From the NCBI RefSeq assembly GCF_009914755.1, contig NC_060930.1: a stretch of DNA of 64,000 nucleotides. One strand, written 5' to 3'. This DNA is from the human T2T-CHM13v2.0 reference genome, Homo sapiens. Made by a program: the position numbers and the translations under genes. Below, piece by piece: positions 46,320 through 62,614 of this stretch. The notes under the pieces are model-generated. The model worked only from the letters and a program-made list of their open reading frames with translations. It was not told where the DNA came from and did no database searches. The first letter of the stretch is position 1; each line of letters opens with the position of its first letter.

Positions 46320-47262
46320 TGAAACATATGAAAAAATGCTTAACATCATATGGCATTAGGGAATTACAAATTAAAACAACAATGAGACATCACCGTATAC
46401 CCTCAAGAATGGCCAAAATCCAGAACACTGACAACACCAAATGCTAGGAAGAATGTGGAGCAACAAAGCCTCTCATTTCTTATTGGTGGGAATAGAAAAC
46501 AGGGCTGCCACTTTAGAAGACAGTTTGGCAGTTTCTTTCAAAACTAAGCATACTCTTACCATATGATCTTGCAGTCATCCACCTTGATATTTACCCAAAT
46601 AAACCAAAAACTTATGTCCACACAAAAACCAGCACATGGATGTTTATAGCAACTTTATTTATAATTGCCCAGACTTGGAAGCCACCAAAATTTTCTCCAG
46701 TGGGTGAGTGGACAAATAAACTGTGGTATATTCACACTATGTAATATTATTCAGCAGAAAACAGAAATGAGCTATCAAGCCATGAAAATACATGGAGGAA
46801 ACTTAAATGCTTATTACCAAGTGAAAGAAAACAATCTGAAAAGGCCATATTCCAACTATGTGACATTCTGGAAAAGGCGAAACTCTGGAGCTACTAAAAA
46901 GATTAACGGTTGCCAGGAGTTAGAGTGGGGAAAGGAATGAATATGTAAAAGCACAGAGAATATTTAGGGCATTGAAACTATTTTGTATTGATACTACAAT
47001 GGTGGATGCATGCCATTATACATTTGTCAAAACTCATAAAATAGACAACACCAAGAATGTGCCCATAAGGTAAACTATGGACTGGGAGTGGTAATGATGT
47101 GCCAGTGAATGTTCGTCTGTTGTGAACATGTACTGATTTGGTGCTGGATGTTGATAGTAGGGTAAACTAGGCCTCTAGGAGGGGTAGGGAGATATGTGAA
47201 ATGTCTGTACCTTCTGCTCAGTTTTGCTGTGAACCTAAAATTGCTAGAAAAATTAAGTCTAT
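46320..47262 (+). mobile_element. L1MC1/MC2-like 3' fragment
   Basis: aaatgagctatcaagccatgaaaatacatggaggaaacttaaatgc and terminal ttttgctgtgaacctaaaa. Confidence 0.8.
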
Positions 47263-47573
<311 letters not shown>

Positions 47574-47749
47574 TAAAAAAAAAGAATCATGAAAAATTAT
47601 TGGGAAGCTGAAATAATGAAATTATGTTAAGAAGCTGATTTTTGCCAGGATTTTTTTAATTAATTCCCCTAACAACTTTAAATGTATTGTTAAATATATT
47701 TAGAAATTAGAAAATTGAGTTATAGAAGTAACTAATTTATCAATAATTT

Positions 47750-49700
47750 ATCCAATCAGTATTTACTGGGCACCTACTATATGCTAGGCATTGTATTAGG
47801 CATGGAAGATATTATAATGAGTTCATATAAATGTTATATTTTAGGAGAGTGAGACAAAAACCCAATAGTAAGCCAACAAGTAAAACAATTGAAAATGACT
47901 TAAGTACTGTGAGAAAATAAATAATGAGATAGATAATAACAGAGAAGATTCTCTTTAGATAGAACCAAAGGAAAGATTTTATATTTAACTTGAGCCTTAA
48001 AGGAAGCAAAAGAGCTCACCATTTGAAGAGCATTATAGACAGATAAAACAACAGGTAAAGGGCTTTGAGATGGAAAATAGCTTTGTATTTTTGAATCTGG
48101 GAGAAAACAGGATATCTAGACCTTAAGGAAAAGAAAATAGAGTTGGAGAGAGAAAGGTAAGTTTTAAGCCTTTATGATGAATATTTTATTCATTTAACAC
48201 ATGTGTCTTGAGCACCAACGGCTTGCCAGTCATTTTCTTCTATGCACTGAGATAAATTAATGAACATAATCTCTAATTCCTCTATACTCATGGGTTTATG
48301 TCATAATAGGGGAAGAAAGAATTGCACATACATCAAAAGATAAATAAACAAAACTTCAGATGGGATGAGTGCTATGAGCAAAACAAAGCAGGGTAGAATA
48401 ATGGAGAGTACCTTAGAGGAAAGAGGTAACATATATATGCGGTTTCTTTGAAGTGGTGAATCTTGAGCATAGGGTTAAATGACGAGAAAACAACCATGTG
48501 AAGATCTTAAGATAGATCTTCCCTGTCAGAAAAATCAATCAATCAATCAATCAATAAAAAGGCAGTGCAAAGAGCCAAGACGTGGAGTTAGAAACAAATC
48601 TGGCAAGTTTGAAGACCAAAATGAAGGCCAATGCCTGGAATAAAATGAGAAAGAGAGGGAATAGAAGCTAAGTTCAAAGAGAATAGGCCTTGAAGACCAG
48701 CATAAACAGTTTTTATTTTATTCCAGTTTTAATGAAAAGCCACTGTTGGGTTTTAAGCAAATGCACAATAAAAGCAGATTTAGTTTTTACAAGATTGCTA
48801 CGACTTTCTGGGGAGAATGGACTGAGGGGGGCAGAAATGGAAAGTAAAAGATGTAGTTACAATAGGAATTCAGATAAGAAATAAAGGCTACATGAGCCAT
48901 GATTCTAGCAGGGGACAGTGTAAAGAAATTAGTAGAATCAGTATATATTTTGAGGGGAGAATTTGCAGGATTTACAAAGGATAAAACAGAATTTGAGAAT
49001 GATTGCCTGGCTTTGGACTTAATCAGTTTTGTGAGTTGTGAAGCCTTTCACCAAGATGAGAGCAAGTGGTAGAACAACAGGTTTTAGGGCCCATGGCAAT
49101 GATGTTGAATGTTATTCTAAACACATTGGGAATCTATGTGATGATTTCAAGTAGTAGTGGGGAGGTAATTCAATGTATCCTTCAGTAAGATCCCTTGTGT
49201 TTCTCTGTATCAAATGAGCTAAAAGAAAGGGAAGCAAAGATGATGACTCACAAATCAGTTTGAATAGCAGAGTAAACGATGGTGCCATTTTCTAAAAGCA
49301 GAGAAAACTGAAAACATGTAAAAGTTTTGGGGAAAACAAGAATTATATTTGGGATATGTTAAATGTGAGCTGTAATATAATGTCTATGAGACATAAAATC
49401 ATGCTGACAAGTGCTATTGGATACGTGTGCCTAAGACTTGCAAGAAGTGTGGGCCTAATATATAAATTTTGAGGTCATCAGGATAAAGATGTTATTGAAT
49501 TTGATGTGTGTGGATCAGAAAAAAGTAGGAATAAAATTTAAGAAAAAAGGTTAGAGCTCATAACTAATTTTAGGAACATAAACATTTAACTGAGGAATTA
49601 TAATAATGGACCATGGAATTTGGGGCCAGATAATGAAGTGAAGTCAGGAGAGGATTGAGAAATAGTAGGGAAACGTGAGTTCACTGAATTGGGGGTCTTT
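47750..49700 (-). mobile_element. L2 fragments (several, degenerate)
   Basis: atttactgggcacctactatatgctaggcattg and similar L2 3'-end motifs; purine-rich body. Confidence 0.55.
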
Positions 49701-50779
49701 ATGTGATCGAAGAGCACAGGCGTGGGTGTGATTAAACAATGAGTTGGATGAGTGGGTTGTTAGAAATCCTAACTAATTTTCTGACAAATGCAGGCTGCAG
49801 TTTTGACCATGCGGAAGAGAGACTAGACTTCAATGAGGGAAATAATTTGGTAATGAGTAAATAAAAGAATTAAGAGATCAGCTGTATTGGATACTTCATG
49901 TAGGTGGATTTTGAATATACCGAGAATAATAAGAATTTGAAAAAAGAGCAAAATTACCATCCAGTAGTCAAATATTTGAAAAGTAAAGGCTTCTCTTCCT
50001 ACTTAATAAAACTTTTGAACCAGATTTCATTGAATGACAGCAATTGTAGAGAGAGAGAGCCTGGTCTAGCAGGGTGGAATGAGTCTCAGAGGAGCAGTAG
50101 TTACTGCACAAGGCAGGGGAAAAAATGGTGTGGGGACAGCAATGAGGGGCAGGGAAAACACCAAATGTGCCTCTGTCTCCAAGGGATGTGGAGGTAAATG
50201 AAAATAGTCTGTAGGAAAGAGAGCTGAAGGCTAAGCAATGTCATCAGGGTACAGTCCAGCAGAGCAGGGAGATAAAATGGTCATTCTAAAAATCAGGTGA
50301 AGATACGAAACAACGTGCCTATCTCTGACCAGGACTTCTCTAACACACAGTGGCAGTGTTTAGAAAGGGTCAGAATAACAGGAGGTGAGGCTGCAGGGTG
50401 CATACAACTGTATAGAGATAAGGTAAGTCCACAGAGATGGGAAGGAAGATGAAAATAATCTTGATTATTTCTTAGTTGAGTGTGGGCAAGCTGACACATG
50501 GCTGTCATGTCTAAAACTCCTTTAGGATAGCTCTCATGGGATGACTGTTGTTCTCCAGGGGTTGGGGAAGAGGGTGAGCACATTCCTAGGTGGACTGGCA
50601 TGGGAGTATCCTAACTTTTCTCACTCTGTAATAGCTTCCTCTAAGATAACAGGGGCTTTGCCCATAAGCAAATAGTGAATAGCAGAACCAATTGTTGCAC
50701 CTTGGTTTATTCATAGCAGCACAGTCTGCCATACCATGTGCAAGTGCCTTCGATAAAATGTGCTAATGCATGGAATCTT

Positions 50780-51330
50780 TTTGCACTTAGTTAAACATAC
50801 AAATTTCTCATAGGGCCTAATTTGCAGAGCCTCACAAAAATTGGCTCCTCACCCCTTTTTTATTCAGATCTTGTTCAACCAACTCACTCACTTACTGGAT
50901 GTGACTTCTGTCACACTGTTGCCAATTATCCTCTTCCTGAAACACTCCAATATTATGTTGGTCTCAGGGCTTTTTACCATGCTGTGTCCTTGGCTTGAAA
51001 TACTCTGTTTTCAGAGTTTCAAGTGTCTAGACTCTTTCTCATCTGTTGGATTATACTTCGTCTCTTACCTTCTCTGAAAAGACTTTCAGGAAATTACTTA
51101 ATTTTGTCTTCTCTTATCTTACCGAGTACCTTGCAGTTGTTTTCTTTTCTATTGACCTATTTTATGTTTTTATACCACTTAGGAGGATCTGATAATATGT
51201 GTTGTATTTGTTTAGGCATTTGTTAACTGTTTTCTTCTCTTTATCATGAACTTCATGGCTCAAGGATTTCTATTTATATAGAGGAGGGCTGGCTCACAAT
51301 AGGTGCTCCATAAAATTATGTTGGATGAAT
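50780..51330 (+). mobile_element. L2 3' fragment
   Basis: Ends ggctcacaataggtgctccataaaattatgttggatgaatg. Confidence 0.5.
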
Positions 51331-51360
51331 GCATAAGCACTTGATAAAGATCACTTTCTT

Positions 51361-51688
51361 CCTCTCTCTCTCTCTATTTTTTTTTCTTTTTTTTTTTTTT
51401 TTTTTGAGACGGAGTCTCACTCTGTCACCCAGACTTGAGTGCAGTGAGCAATCTTGGCTCAGTGCAAGCTCCGCCTCCCGGGTTCACGCCATTCTCCTGC
51501 CTCAGCCTCCTGAATAGCTGGGACTACAGGCGCCCGCCACTACGCCCAGCTAATTTTTTTTGTATTTTTTAGTAGAGATGGGGTTTCACCGTGTTAGCCA
51601 GGATGGTCTTGATCTCCTGACCTCGTGATCTGCCCGCCTTGGCCTCCCAAAGTGCTGGGATTACAGGTGCAAGCCATGGTGCCTGGCC
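51361..51688 (-). mobile_element. AluY-like, ending ~600 nt upstream of the 207-nt exon
   Basis: gcaagctccgcctcccgggttcacgccattctcc and cgtgttagccaggatggtc diagnostics; (CT)n/T tail. Confidence 0.92.
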
Positions 51689-52247
51689 TTCTTCATCTAT
51701 ATTTTAAAGTAAACTACTACTTTTTAAACTATAATTAAATATAGTAGTTGTAATTTTCATGGTTGTTGGGACAAAATGTGATTATATATATAAAAAGTCC
51801 ACACTCCAGTTCTTTGCACATAGTAGGCAATTAGTCAGCAATTTTTTTCATTAATTTTATCCATAGATCCCATGGAAACAGCATACCAGATATTGATTAA
51901 ATGATATAATTCAAATTGAGGTATTATAATCATGGTGAAATTAGATGTCGGATATGATGTATTATATAGCATATATTACATATCACATATTATTGGTTAT
52001 ATATAATAAGATTTATGGCATAAGATATAAGATATACCATATTTTTGTTATATAGTCATGGTGGGATTACAATAGTTAAGTTTTTTTTGTAAAGCACTAC
52101 TATTTCATATAAAACCTGAATTTTCTTTTAATATTCTAGACTTCATTAATTATAATTAGAAGAAAATAAAGTTGACTGTTGTCCTAAATTAATGAGAAAA
52201 TTTCTGTCTTCTAAGAAAAGCAATAATTCTGATGATGAGTTTCATGA

Positions 52248-52568
<321 letters not shown>

Positions 52569-53194
52569 TAACTACAAAGAGTAGTGATATATTTCAAGCA
52601 TGTATTTCCTTCAATAATTTTATTTAAGCTAGATAGTATTTGTCACTAAATGTAAAGAATCTAAGAGGGATATATAGCCCTATATATGTAAACAGATTAA
52701 ATTTTCCACAGGAACTGAGAGATGGAACATTATCTCTCTTGATTATTACATTTCAAAGAGATACTTCCCAGGTCCTTGAGAAAGGCTTTCCTGGGCCATA
52801 AAGTTGGCAAGAGGCTTAATTAGCTTTTAAAGGAGTTATATACATTTTTAAACAGAGAGGGAGAAATGACCTATGAGTTTTTAAAGTAAGTATTCTAAGA
52901 AAAAGGGGTGAGGAGGGGTGTTTCTTTCCTTATTTTCAGTTGGAAGAATCAGGCCTTTTTTTAGAATTTAGTATTTAATTAGTATTTAGTATTTTTAATT
53001 AGCTCTTGCAATTGCAAGTCTTTGTTATTTTAGAAATAACATGTTTGTCACCTTCTTATTCTCCATCCCTCTTTCTTAAGAGGACCTTAAGCATACAGGG
53101 TTTGGTATGATCTTTCAAATTCATTATGATCTAAACAAGATGGTTCTTGGTGGTACAATATGAAGATGCAACTTCAGATAGACATCTTAACTTT

Positions 53195-53886
53195 TAAAAA
53201 GTATAATTTATAAATTTAGAAGAGGAGACTTTGTTTCTTACAAAGGGTTGCAGCATGCACGGTGGCCATTCAGACAGGTTGGGAAGCATAGTCTCTGGTT
53301 GGAAGCCAAAAGCAGATACTTTGAGGGAGGGGCAAAAGGAACAGGAATTTATGCTAAGCAAGATGGCTGAATATATATATTATATTTTCCCCAATGGGAT
53401 ATAGGAGAAGTCATGAATATTTATGAAAGGAGAAACTTGTGCATGAACATGAACATGCCTCTCCATGGATTCCATGTACAAAAATGGTGGCATTAGCATG
53501 GTGTGAGGGTGGAGTTTTCAGCCCTATGGCATCAAAAAGTGAAGCACAGGACATGAAAATCCTTACTAAGCATTCTCTGAAGATGGCTATAGCCATTCAA
53601 TGGTCGTGGTCTAACAGGCAAAATAAGGAAAGGCAGCATCAAGGTTGGTTGATATCACTGGTGAAGTCTTTCGAAAGGGCTGTTTTCTGTTTTCAGTGGT
53701 GAAGTCTTCTGAAAGGGCTGTCTTCTTTAGGGAAAAAAGTCTAAAGGCAGTTAGTGAGAGGTTGGTGTATAATGAGGCCTCCTGTCATGGCTGAGAATAC
53801 AGTTTTCAAGGTTACTATGGGGTTCCCTGGGCAGGGAAAAGGTCCATTCAGTTGTTTTAGGGGCTTTGGATTTATTTTTATTTCTC
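53195..53886 (-). mobile_element. ERV1 solo LTR (LOR1/MER39-related)
   Basis: Minus strand begins TGAGAAATAAAAATAAATCC..., typical of this LTR group; subfamily uncertain. Confidence 0.6.
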
Positions 53887-54034
53887 AGATATTAGGAGAA
53901 AGTGAATTTCTGAGGCATTAGGTATTGTTAGTCCTTGAAAAAAGACCTTTTCCCTGAAAACATCATCCTCTCTTCTCCACTTTCCCATACTCGGTAGGGC
54001 TCCATAAAATAGTGTGCTCGTGAGCACTTGGTAA

Positions 54035-54225
54035 GGCAAAGGTGAGTTCAAATCCTAATTCTTCAACTATGCAGTTGCATGCCTTGAAAACACTGCCTTA
54101 AACACTTTGAAACTTAACTTTCTGAAACATAAGATAGAGATAAGTTATATCATTTTAATAATTAGGAATGATATATAGGAATTTTCTAACACAGCGTCTG
54201 ACATATAGTAGATAATCAATAAATA
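54035..54225 (+). mobile_element. MIR fragment
   Basis: gagttcaaatcc...aacacagcgtctgacatatagtag..aatcaataaat. Confidence 0.5.
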
Positions 54226-54767
54226 GAGATGTAACTAATAAGCCCAAACTTAGTGTCTTCTTACTTGTTCTGTCTTCTACTATAGTATTTATGAGTGTTT
54301 GTGTTGAGGGCTAAAACATAAACATTTAGATGGTATTACAATGAGAAATCTGTAGGGACTATAGCACTATAATTATTAAATTTGAATTTAATCATAGTCA
54401 GTGAGATCAGTATTAAGTTTTAGTAGTGAAGTTTATTAACTGGATCCTTTGCTGTCACAAATATACCAGTGCTTTCCTACCTAAATGACCTATATGTTGT
54501 GAATGGCAGTTTTATATTAAGATTAATTAAACATAGAGAAGCATTAGTAGAGAGTCAAATTCACTGTTCGATCAACAATAGGCAAGATAAAGAAAAACAA
54601 AACAAATAATATTTAGGGTACAACAAAGCAGGGACACCCTTATTTTTTTGAAAATTACTCTTAATATTAAAACAAACTCAAAATAGTCATTATAGATAAA
54701 ATCAAAACATTTTTGGACCTTCTTATACTTAGAGTTTGATATTTCGCAAATTTGAATTACACATACA

Positions 54768-55339
54768 GGGGACAAAGCTCTTGACCCCTAAAGTTTTGAT
54801 GAAAATCACTGATAATGAGGCTGATTAATTAATAAGAGAAAATACATACAAATTTATTTAACTTGTATATACAGGACCCTTCAGAATGAAAACTCAACTT
54901 CCCAAAGAAGTACAGAAGCTTATATTACTATCTTGAGGTTACAACGAGAATGGGGGCTTGGATCCTGGTAAAATAGTTTATGAGAAGGCAAAGAGAATAA
55001 ATTTTATGGAGGGGCAATAAATGATTACAACGGAACAGAAATTAAGTTGTAAACAGTTTCCTTTTTTTAGAACTTAAATGATGCTTGAAGACAATGATTA
55101 TCTTGCAAAAGGGTCTGTTCAGATGTGGTTAGATTTTTTGTTTTCTTTCCTGTAATGGATAATGAGATTACAGGGAGGGAAACAAGAACACTTGTTCTCC
55201 TAGGCAGGTAAATTCTGACTTTTTGTAGATAGGAAAAAAAGTCTCTCCTAGTGATCATCGATTCCCAAGAATTTTTAACTTAAAATACTCATTATACCAG
55301 GAAGCCATATTTTGGGGTGAAATATTTTGATTTCCTTCA
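54768..55339 (-). mobile_element. ERV1 solo LTR, MER34-like
   Basis: Minus strand begins TGAAGGAAATCAAAATATTTCACCCCAAAATATG. Confidence 0.62.
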
Positions 55340-55429
55340 CATGTAAGACTGAAAGTGAAGAGATTCATTTTCTTTCTTAAATCTTTGAGGATCTTACTCC
55401 AGCATTTCTCAAATACATTTTATTCTCCT

Positions 55430-55723
55430 TATATTTATATATTTTTAAGAGACGGAATCTTTCTGTGACTTAGACTAGGGTTCAGTGGCATAATCATAGT
55501 TCATTGCAGCCTTGAAGCCCTTGGCTCAAGCAGTCCTTCTGCCTCAGCCTTGTGGGTAGACATGCTAACATCCCTAGCTAATTATTTATTATTATTATTA
55601 TTATTTTAGATATGTGGTCTTGCTATGTTGCTCATGCTAGTCTCAAACTTTTGGACTCCAGGGATCCTCCTGCCTTAGCCTCTGGAGTAACTGGGATTAT
55701 CGACATGAGCCACTGTGCCTGGC
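55430..55723 (-). mobile_element. AluJ, diverged
   Basis: aatcatagttcattgcagccttga...ggctcaagcagtcc; flanking tcaaataca repeat. Confidence 0.8.
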
Positions 55724-56855
55724 TTCAAATACACTTGAAAAAATAAATTTTGTGGAAACTCATAGTTTGATACATTTTAAAATGTTAATAATATATGTCC
55801 TACTACAGAAAAAATATGGAAGCAAACAATCTATTTTGTTTTTCCTTTATGTACTAATAATCTACTCTTTCAGTCCTAGCAGATTTTCCATTGGGCTGAT
55901 CATCTTTTGAGTTTTTATGATGATTGGTGATTGATGACTTGAAATTTTTTGGTTAGCTATAAAAAGTTGATAACTTTTGAAAGTTATCAAACTGATTTGA
56001 ATCTAAATTAGGATGCTATTTTATCATATCAGTTTGCTGCATTCATAATCTTCTGTAGGGGCAGGTTGAAAATAAATCTCAGATCTGTCCCATCTTTAGT
56101 TTTTCACCGCCCATGTAGCTCATACGTTTGCCATTTTATTATGTCTCTATTATATACTTCCTGCCTTTAATATCATCTCCAGGAATGCATATATACATTT
56201 TAGTCAGATTTTCATTTAATCAGCAATGTTATCTCAAAGCTTTCTCACTGAAATCATTGCAGAGATACTGAAAGATTACAGTATATAATTTCAAGTACTC
56301 ATGTTGGCCTTTAATTTCTTTTTCATAGTCCCCTGACACCTGATGGTTTGCACAGTCCTCAGTTCTTTCCTCTTGTCAACTGTTTAATGTCCATCCCCAG
56401 AGTTCTCTGCTGGGGCTGTACTCCAAAAAGCTTTTTGTGCCATTTTATTCTTCTGAAAAGCCTACTTTCTTCGACACCTATAAAACTACTACCTCTGGCA
56501 CTTAATCATAGACATTCCTTATTACTTGAAATTCTTTGTCCTTTCATCTTTCACACAGACTAATCCCAGCTGGAGGCAAAATTTCAGAATATCCTTAAGC
56601 CAGTGTTCTGCTGGTGAATCTCTGACCTACTGTCATAATGCTGATAAAATGTGTGAGGGAATACTGAGTACTCACATTCAACAGATCTACAGTTACTTCT
56701 TAACTGTGCAAATTTGGGCACCGTGTGTCTAACTTTTCTCTTTCTCTTACTCTCCTGTGTAGCTTTGGGAAAGTTTCTTACTCTGTCTTGAGTGACTTAT
56801 ATCATTTATACAATGGGAATAATGATACTCACTTCATTGAATGAAGATGTGGATT

Positions 56856-57162
<307 letters not shown>

Positions 57163-58605
57163 GAAGATGTGGATTAAATGTTAATATCTGAGAATAGAGC
57201 AGGACTATAGCCTTCTTTAACTTAGTTAAATACATCAGTGAGACAGCAGAGTTTGGGTATATTTGGAGGAGACACAACAGAAGGAAAAACGTAATGACAG
57301 GAAGTAGGAAAAATTTAAATGCTTCAGGACAGTGATGCAGATCCCTCTGTAGATATTAGGCCCCTCATGCTTCAGTGTATGAAAAGCTCCTGGCACTGAT
57401 GGATAATCTCATGCCTATAAATACAAATTTTTCCTTTTTAAAACCTGAGCCCTAGTCAAAAAACTGCTACTTAACCTGGGTTGCAACTAAAGAAACAGCA
57501 TACAAACAGTTCTAAGACTGAGCTACTTAATGGGTTTTCAAATCAGATTTGAGAAGTAAACTCTAAGTTGGGACATGAATGCATTGCATAGGCCTTAATG
57601 TGCTGAGTGGCAAATAGGAAATACTCAAGAAAAGTAGTTATTATTATTATTACTATTAAAATTATTATTATGGTTAATGTATCCAAAAAGGTGCCAATGT
57701 TTTTGAATGTTGCTATATTTTGTCTATTCAACCCCATGAGCTAGTTTACAGGATTACTGTTGAACCATGATTATATTTAAAACAAATAATTGACTAAATG
57801 TGTGCTATAATGTTATCAGAGAAAAGGGGCATTTAAAAACAGATTTTTAAAGCCACATTATCCATTCCTTTACCCCATTAGAATTGTGTGGACTATGAGA
57901 AGTTATCTAAATAGTAACATTTAAAGTTTAGCTCTTTTATAAGTGCCAAACATCTTTACAACTTCTTTGTCTTTAAAGAGATTTGTGTTTTAATATAATT
58001 AACCATTTGATGTAGGTAAAAGAGTGCATCGGGCAATAAATGCTTACTTTTTAAATTATGTTCATTTTTGTAGCTTCAATTGTGAAATTTGAGAAGTAAA
58101 CAAAACTTGATCATTTGACAGGTTTTCTTAAAAAACCGGAATGAGAAAGAAATTCTGTTTCAGCTTAGAAAACAACTATAGTAAAATGGGAAGTCTGTTG
58201 GAATCTAATTCAGTATTTTACATTATTTTTAAGAAGACTCACGATGCCACAGATTTCCAGCTGTCTGAATGCTTCCCAGCTTGCTGCCTTGGCATTGCAA
58301 TTGGTATTTAATATTATCAAGCCTTTTATGATTCATAAATGAGCCTTGGAGGACCTCACTACACTTTGCTTTTGCCTCCTGATTGCTCTTTTATTATATG
58401 TTGGAAAGGAAATCAAATATTTGTTTTTCAGGGAACTTAAAAAGGCTCCAGGTATTATCACAAAAATGGAAACACTAAATCAAAAGCAGTTTATTCTAAA
58501 TGGGAATTGACTTGCACAGCCATAGCTTTAAATTTTGACAGCACATTGTTTAATTTTGCATCCTAGTTGAGGAACTCTAGTACTTCTTGTGAAAATAAAC
58601 AAAAA

Positions 58606-59041
<436 letters not shown>

Positions 59042-59901
59042 TTATAATTTCCTATGACCCCAAAGTGACAACTATTAACATATTTGTTAACTTTGCTTCA
59101 AGTGTCTCTTTTAATGTAAAAGTTATAAAATATTACAGATAATGTTGAAGTGCCTTCCTCACCATAATTGTCTTGATTTAGTATTTTCCACATCAGTCAT
59201 AAAATATAAAACTACATTTTCCTCATCCCTCTCCAGGTGTAACCAAAATTGTTCAATAGTACCATGTAACAGGATTATATCATTTTTATTTAGTCTTCTA
59301 CTGATAAACATTCAAAATGCTATAATTGAAGATGCACATCTTATCTTCCATAGCACCTATGCAAAAGCTTTTCCATAATATATGCTTATTTCACATTGCA
59401 TGCCTGTAGTAAAACATCTCATGTACCCCATAAATATGTGAAATATATGAACAAGGAATTGTTTATCATAGTTCATGTATTTTCTTTCCAATTTTGTTAG
59501 CAACCTCATCCGAAAAACAAATTTCATTAGATATTAAAAAGATTTTTCTCCAAAAAATTTTTACTAATTTACATTTCTACCAATAGTTTATAAGAATTTC
59601 TATTCCTCTGCAAAATCATTAGTACTTGAGATTAGACATTTAGACTAGACTATTAGAGTACATTAGACTATTTGAATTTGGTCAAATAGTCTGGGGACAA
59701 ATAGAATCAAATTGCTTTAATTTTCAGATACTCATAACTAGCCATTCTTTTTCTCCATATTTATAGGCTTTTTAATTTCCCCTTCTTTGAATTCCCCATT
59801 TACTTCATTCCTTCTTATTAACATATAGTAATTTATTATATTTTCTGAATGCCTATAATGCAAATATTTTCCCCAGCTAAGACTTTATCTCTTAATTTCA
59901 T

Positions 59902-59936
59902 TGTGTGTGTGTGTGTGTGAATGTGTGTGTGTGTGT
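59902..59936. repeat. Interrupted (TG)n microsatellite
   Basis: Directly visible. Confidence 0.9.
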
Positions 59937-62614
59937 TTTCATATAGAAGTTTTAAAGTTTTAGTTTGTCACATTTAGTCATTTTTTAAATGGCTTGTGAT
60001 GTTTGTGATTTGTTGGAAAAATTCTTTTTTAACTGAAGCTCAAAAAGATATTTTCCTATTTTTTAATATTCTTAATGTTTTTGTTTCTCAGATTTAGTTC
60101 TTTCATCCACTTGTGGTTTGTTTATTAAGTCCATACTGATTGGACCTCAACTTAAGTGAAAGCCTGAATTCCTTTTACGCCCTTTCTGAAGCAGTACCTC
60201 CCCCCAACACACCAAATTCTGCTACAACATGTATGCCAGTAATTTTCTCTTCTTTGTAAAAAAGCAACTTGAAAAGCAAGTAATTTTTACTTTTAAGGAG
60301 ACATTCTGTGATTATAATCTCAGACGATAGAGACATTAGGAATTATGAAAAGTATATAACATTTTTTAAAAGGGCTAATATATTTTTAAACTTTTTTTCT
60401 CAACGTGAATTTAAACAGTGAGCTGTTGAAGATATAAACAAACTGGTTTCAGTGACAAGGATATTTTGAAATTTAATCCAGAAACATGGTCTATCACAGA
60501 TCAGTGTAATTCTGATTTATGCTATACTAGATTATGATTCATTAGAAATTATCCCAGGATAGAGCCTCAACAACCATTTATTGAATATATATTCTGAGAA
60601 ACACACAGTAACCACAGCAGTAATAATAGTTCTCAAATATAAATGACTATATTTTATTAAAAAAGGTATGTTAAGTGTTTAATTTTTCTTTCAGTACTAA
60701 TATAATAAAGAATGTCTTCTCATGCAGTTCCAAAATTAATATTATGTTTAGAAATATTTATATATATTTTTAAATTTAAATTTTTTTTTGCTGTGATGTA
60801 TTCTGAGAATACTTAAAAGAAATTGTTTCCCTAATAACAATCTTCTGCTAATTTGCTATTAATTGCAAAATTATAGCAAAAACCAGAGCTAAGGATTATT
60901 TTATTTGGCAATTGTATCATGAATTATTGAATAAATACCCCCAATGTACACTATTAAGTTCCTTTAAATATGACTTCTGAACTTAAGCTACTTAAAATGT
61001 CTGTAAAAAATGTTTTGGTCATAATTTGAAGATTGAGAGAAAGTAAAATACTAAATTGACATTATAGAGACCTCTATAAATGGAGACTTCTGGACACTCC
61101 TATCCATCCTATTAATAATTTTGCCCCTACAAACTGGAAGCAACTAATTTGTTATGCAGTACAGAGCATTGAAACTTTTCCTTACTGTAGTCAGGAAATG
61201 CTTCTTAAAAAAAAAAAAAGCTTCAATGTCTTCTTAAATAAAGAAAAACAGTTTGGAGTAGAAGAGGCGTGAAATTGGGAATTTCATCGCTCAAACAAAA
61301 TGTATGTAAAAATGAAAATAGAAATATAAATTAAGGGCAAGGGAATTCTGTGAGGAAGCATGTCCAAAATCTAGTATTATTTAAAGTCAGTAATAAAAAT
61401 TTTGTATGTAATTTAAATAGTAAATTTACAATGACACTATTGAAGCAGTGGGCCGAAAAATTTGTTTATCTGTGGTATATGGAACATCTGTGTGTTATTA
61501 AATAATAAATACTGATTTGCATCTATTACTACCATAACAGCAGAATAAATGTAACTGAAAACAGATATAAAAAAGTGGCTTTTTTAAAGGTGATATTTTC
61601 TTTAGAGCATAGAGCAAATCTAAACAGAAAGACAAAAAAGCCCCACAAAACTTTAAAAAATTAAAAAAAGGAAAATCATAGCATGAAATGTATTAATGCT
61701 ATAGAAATTTGTTCAGTGTGACTGGATTTTCCTTTCACATTAAATTGCATAAAGTTTCTTTTCAAAGTAAATTTGAGTAATAGAAATTTCAGAAAAAAAT
61801 TGCTCAAATAAGATATTCTTCATGATATTCCCATGTGGAAAAAAATTCAGTATTATTCATTAAGCATTTTTGTGCCATTCACATTTTTAGGTACTGAGAA
61901 ACATACAAACCCTGGGTGAGATGAACATTAAATACATTTTATATACTTTAGATAGTACAACAATAGAGATATTCTGAAAATATTTTGGGAAACATGAGGG
62001 AGTATATCTAATTTTGTCAAGGGAAAGGGTCAGGGAAGTCTTTAAGCTTGAATTATGAAAAAAATGACAGATGCTTTTTCAAATACACTATTTTTAGTGC
62101 TGCAGTTCATTTAATTGAAGCACGTATTCTACCTGAGGGATGTTATCTTATGTAACACCACACGTGACCAAAACGGTGTACTTGGTCAGGTTTATTTAAA
62201 TATTTTGAAAGCCAATTCAATTTAAAATGAACTGATATGATTCAGACAATTTGCGGAGGGAGAATTAACATAAAGAAAGTTTTCACATCTTTTCTCCTAA
62301 GAAGAAAATAGATCTAGTTTTCTCAATTAAGAAGAATTTATTGAAAATGTATTGGTATGCTAATATGTAATTACACTAACATTAACCACTGTTGTTTTGT
62401 GCCAAAATCATGTGCCTTCATCCATATAATTTCCTGATCACATCTAATTGCATTTTAAGGTTTTGTGGCTCTTCTAGGAAATTCAGTTTGCAAAAGATAT
62501 GGCCACTGAACTGGAGTTTATTTTTTACGTATTTTATTATGATAGTCATCTGATCAAGTCTTTTGTATTTTTTAAACATTATCCAATTTGGATCATTGAA
62601 AATCAGAAGTAATG

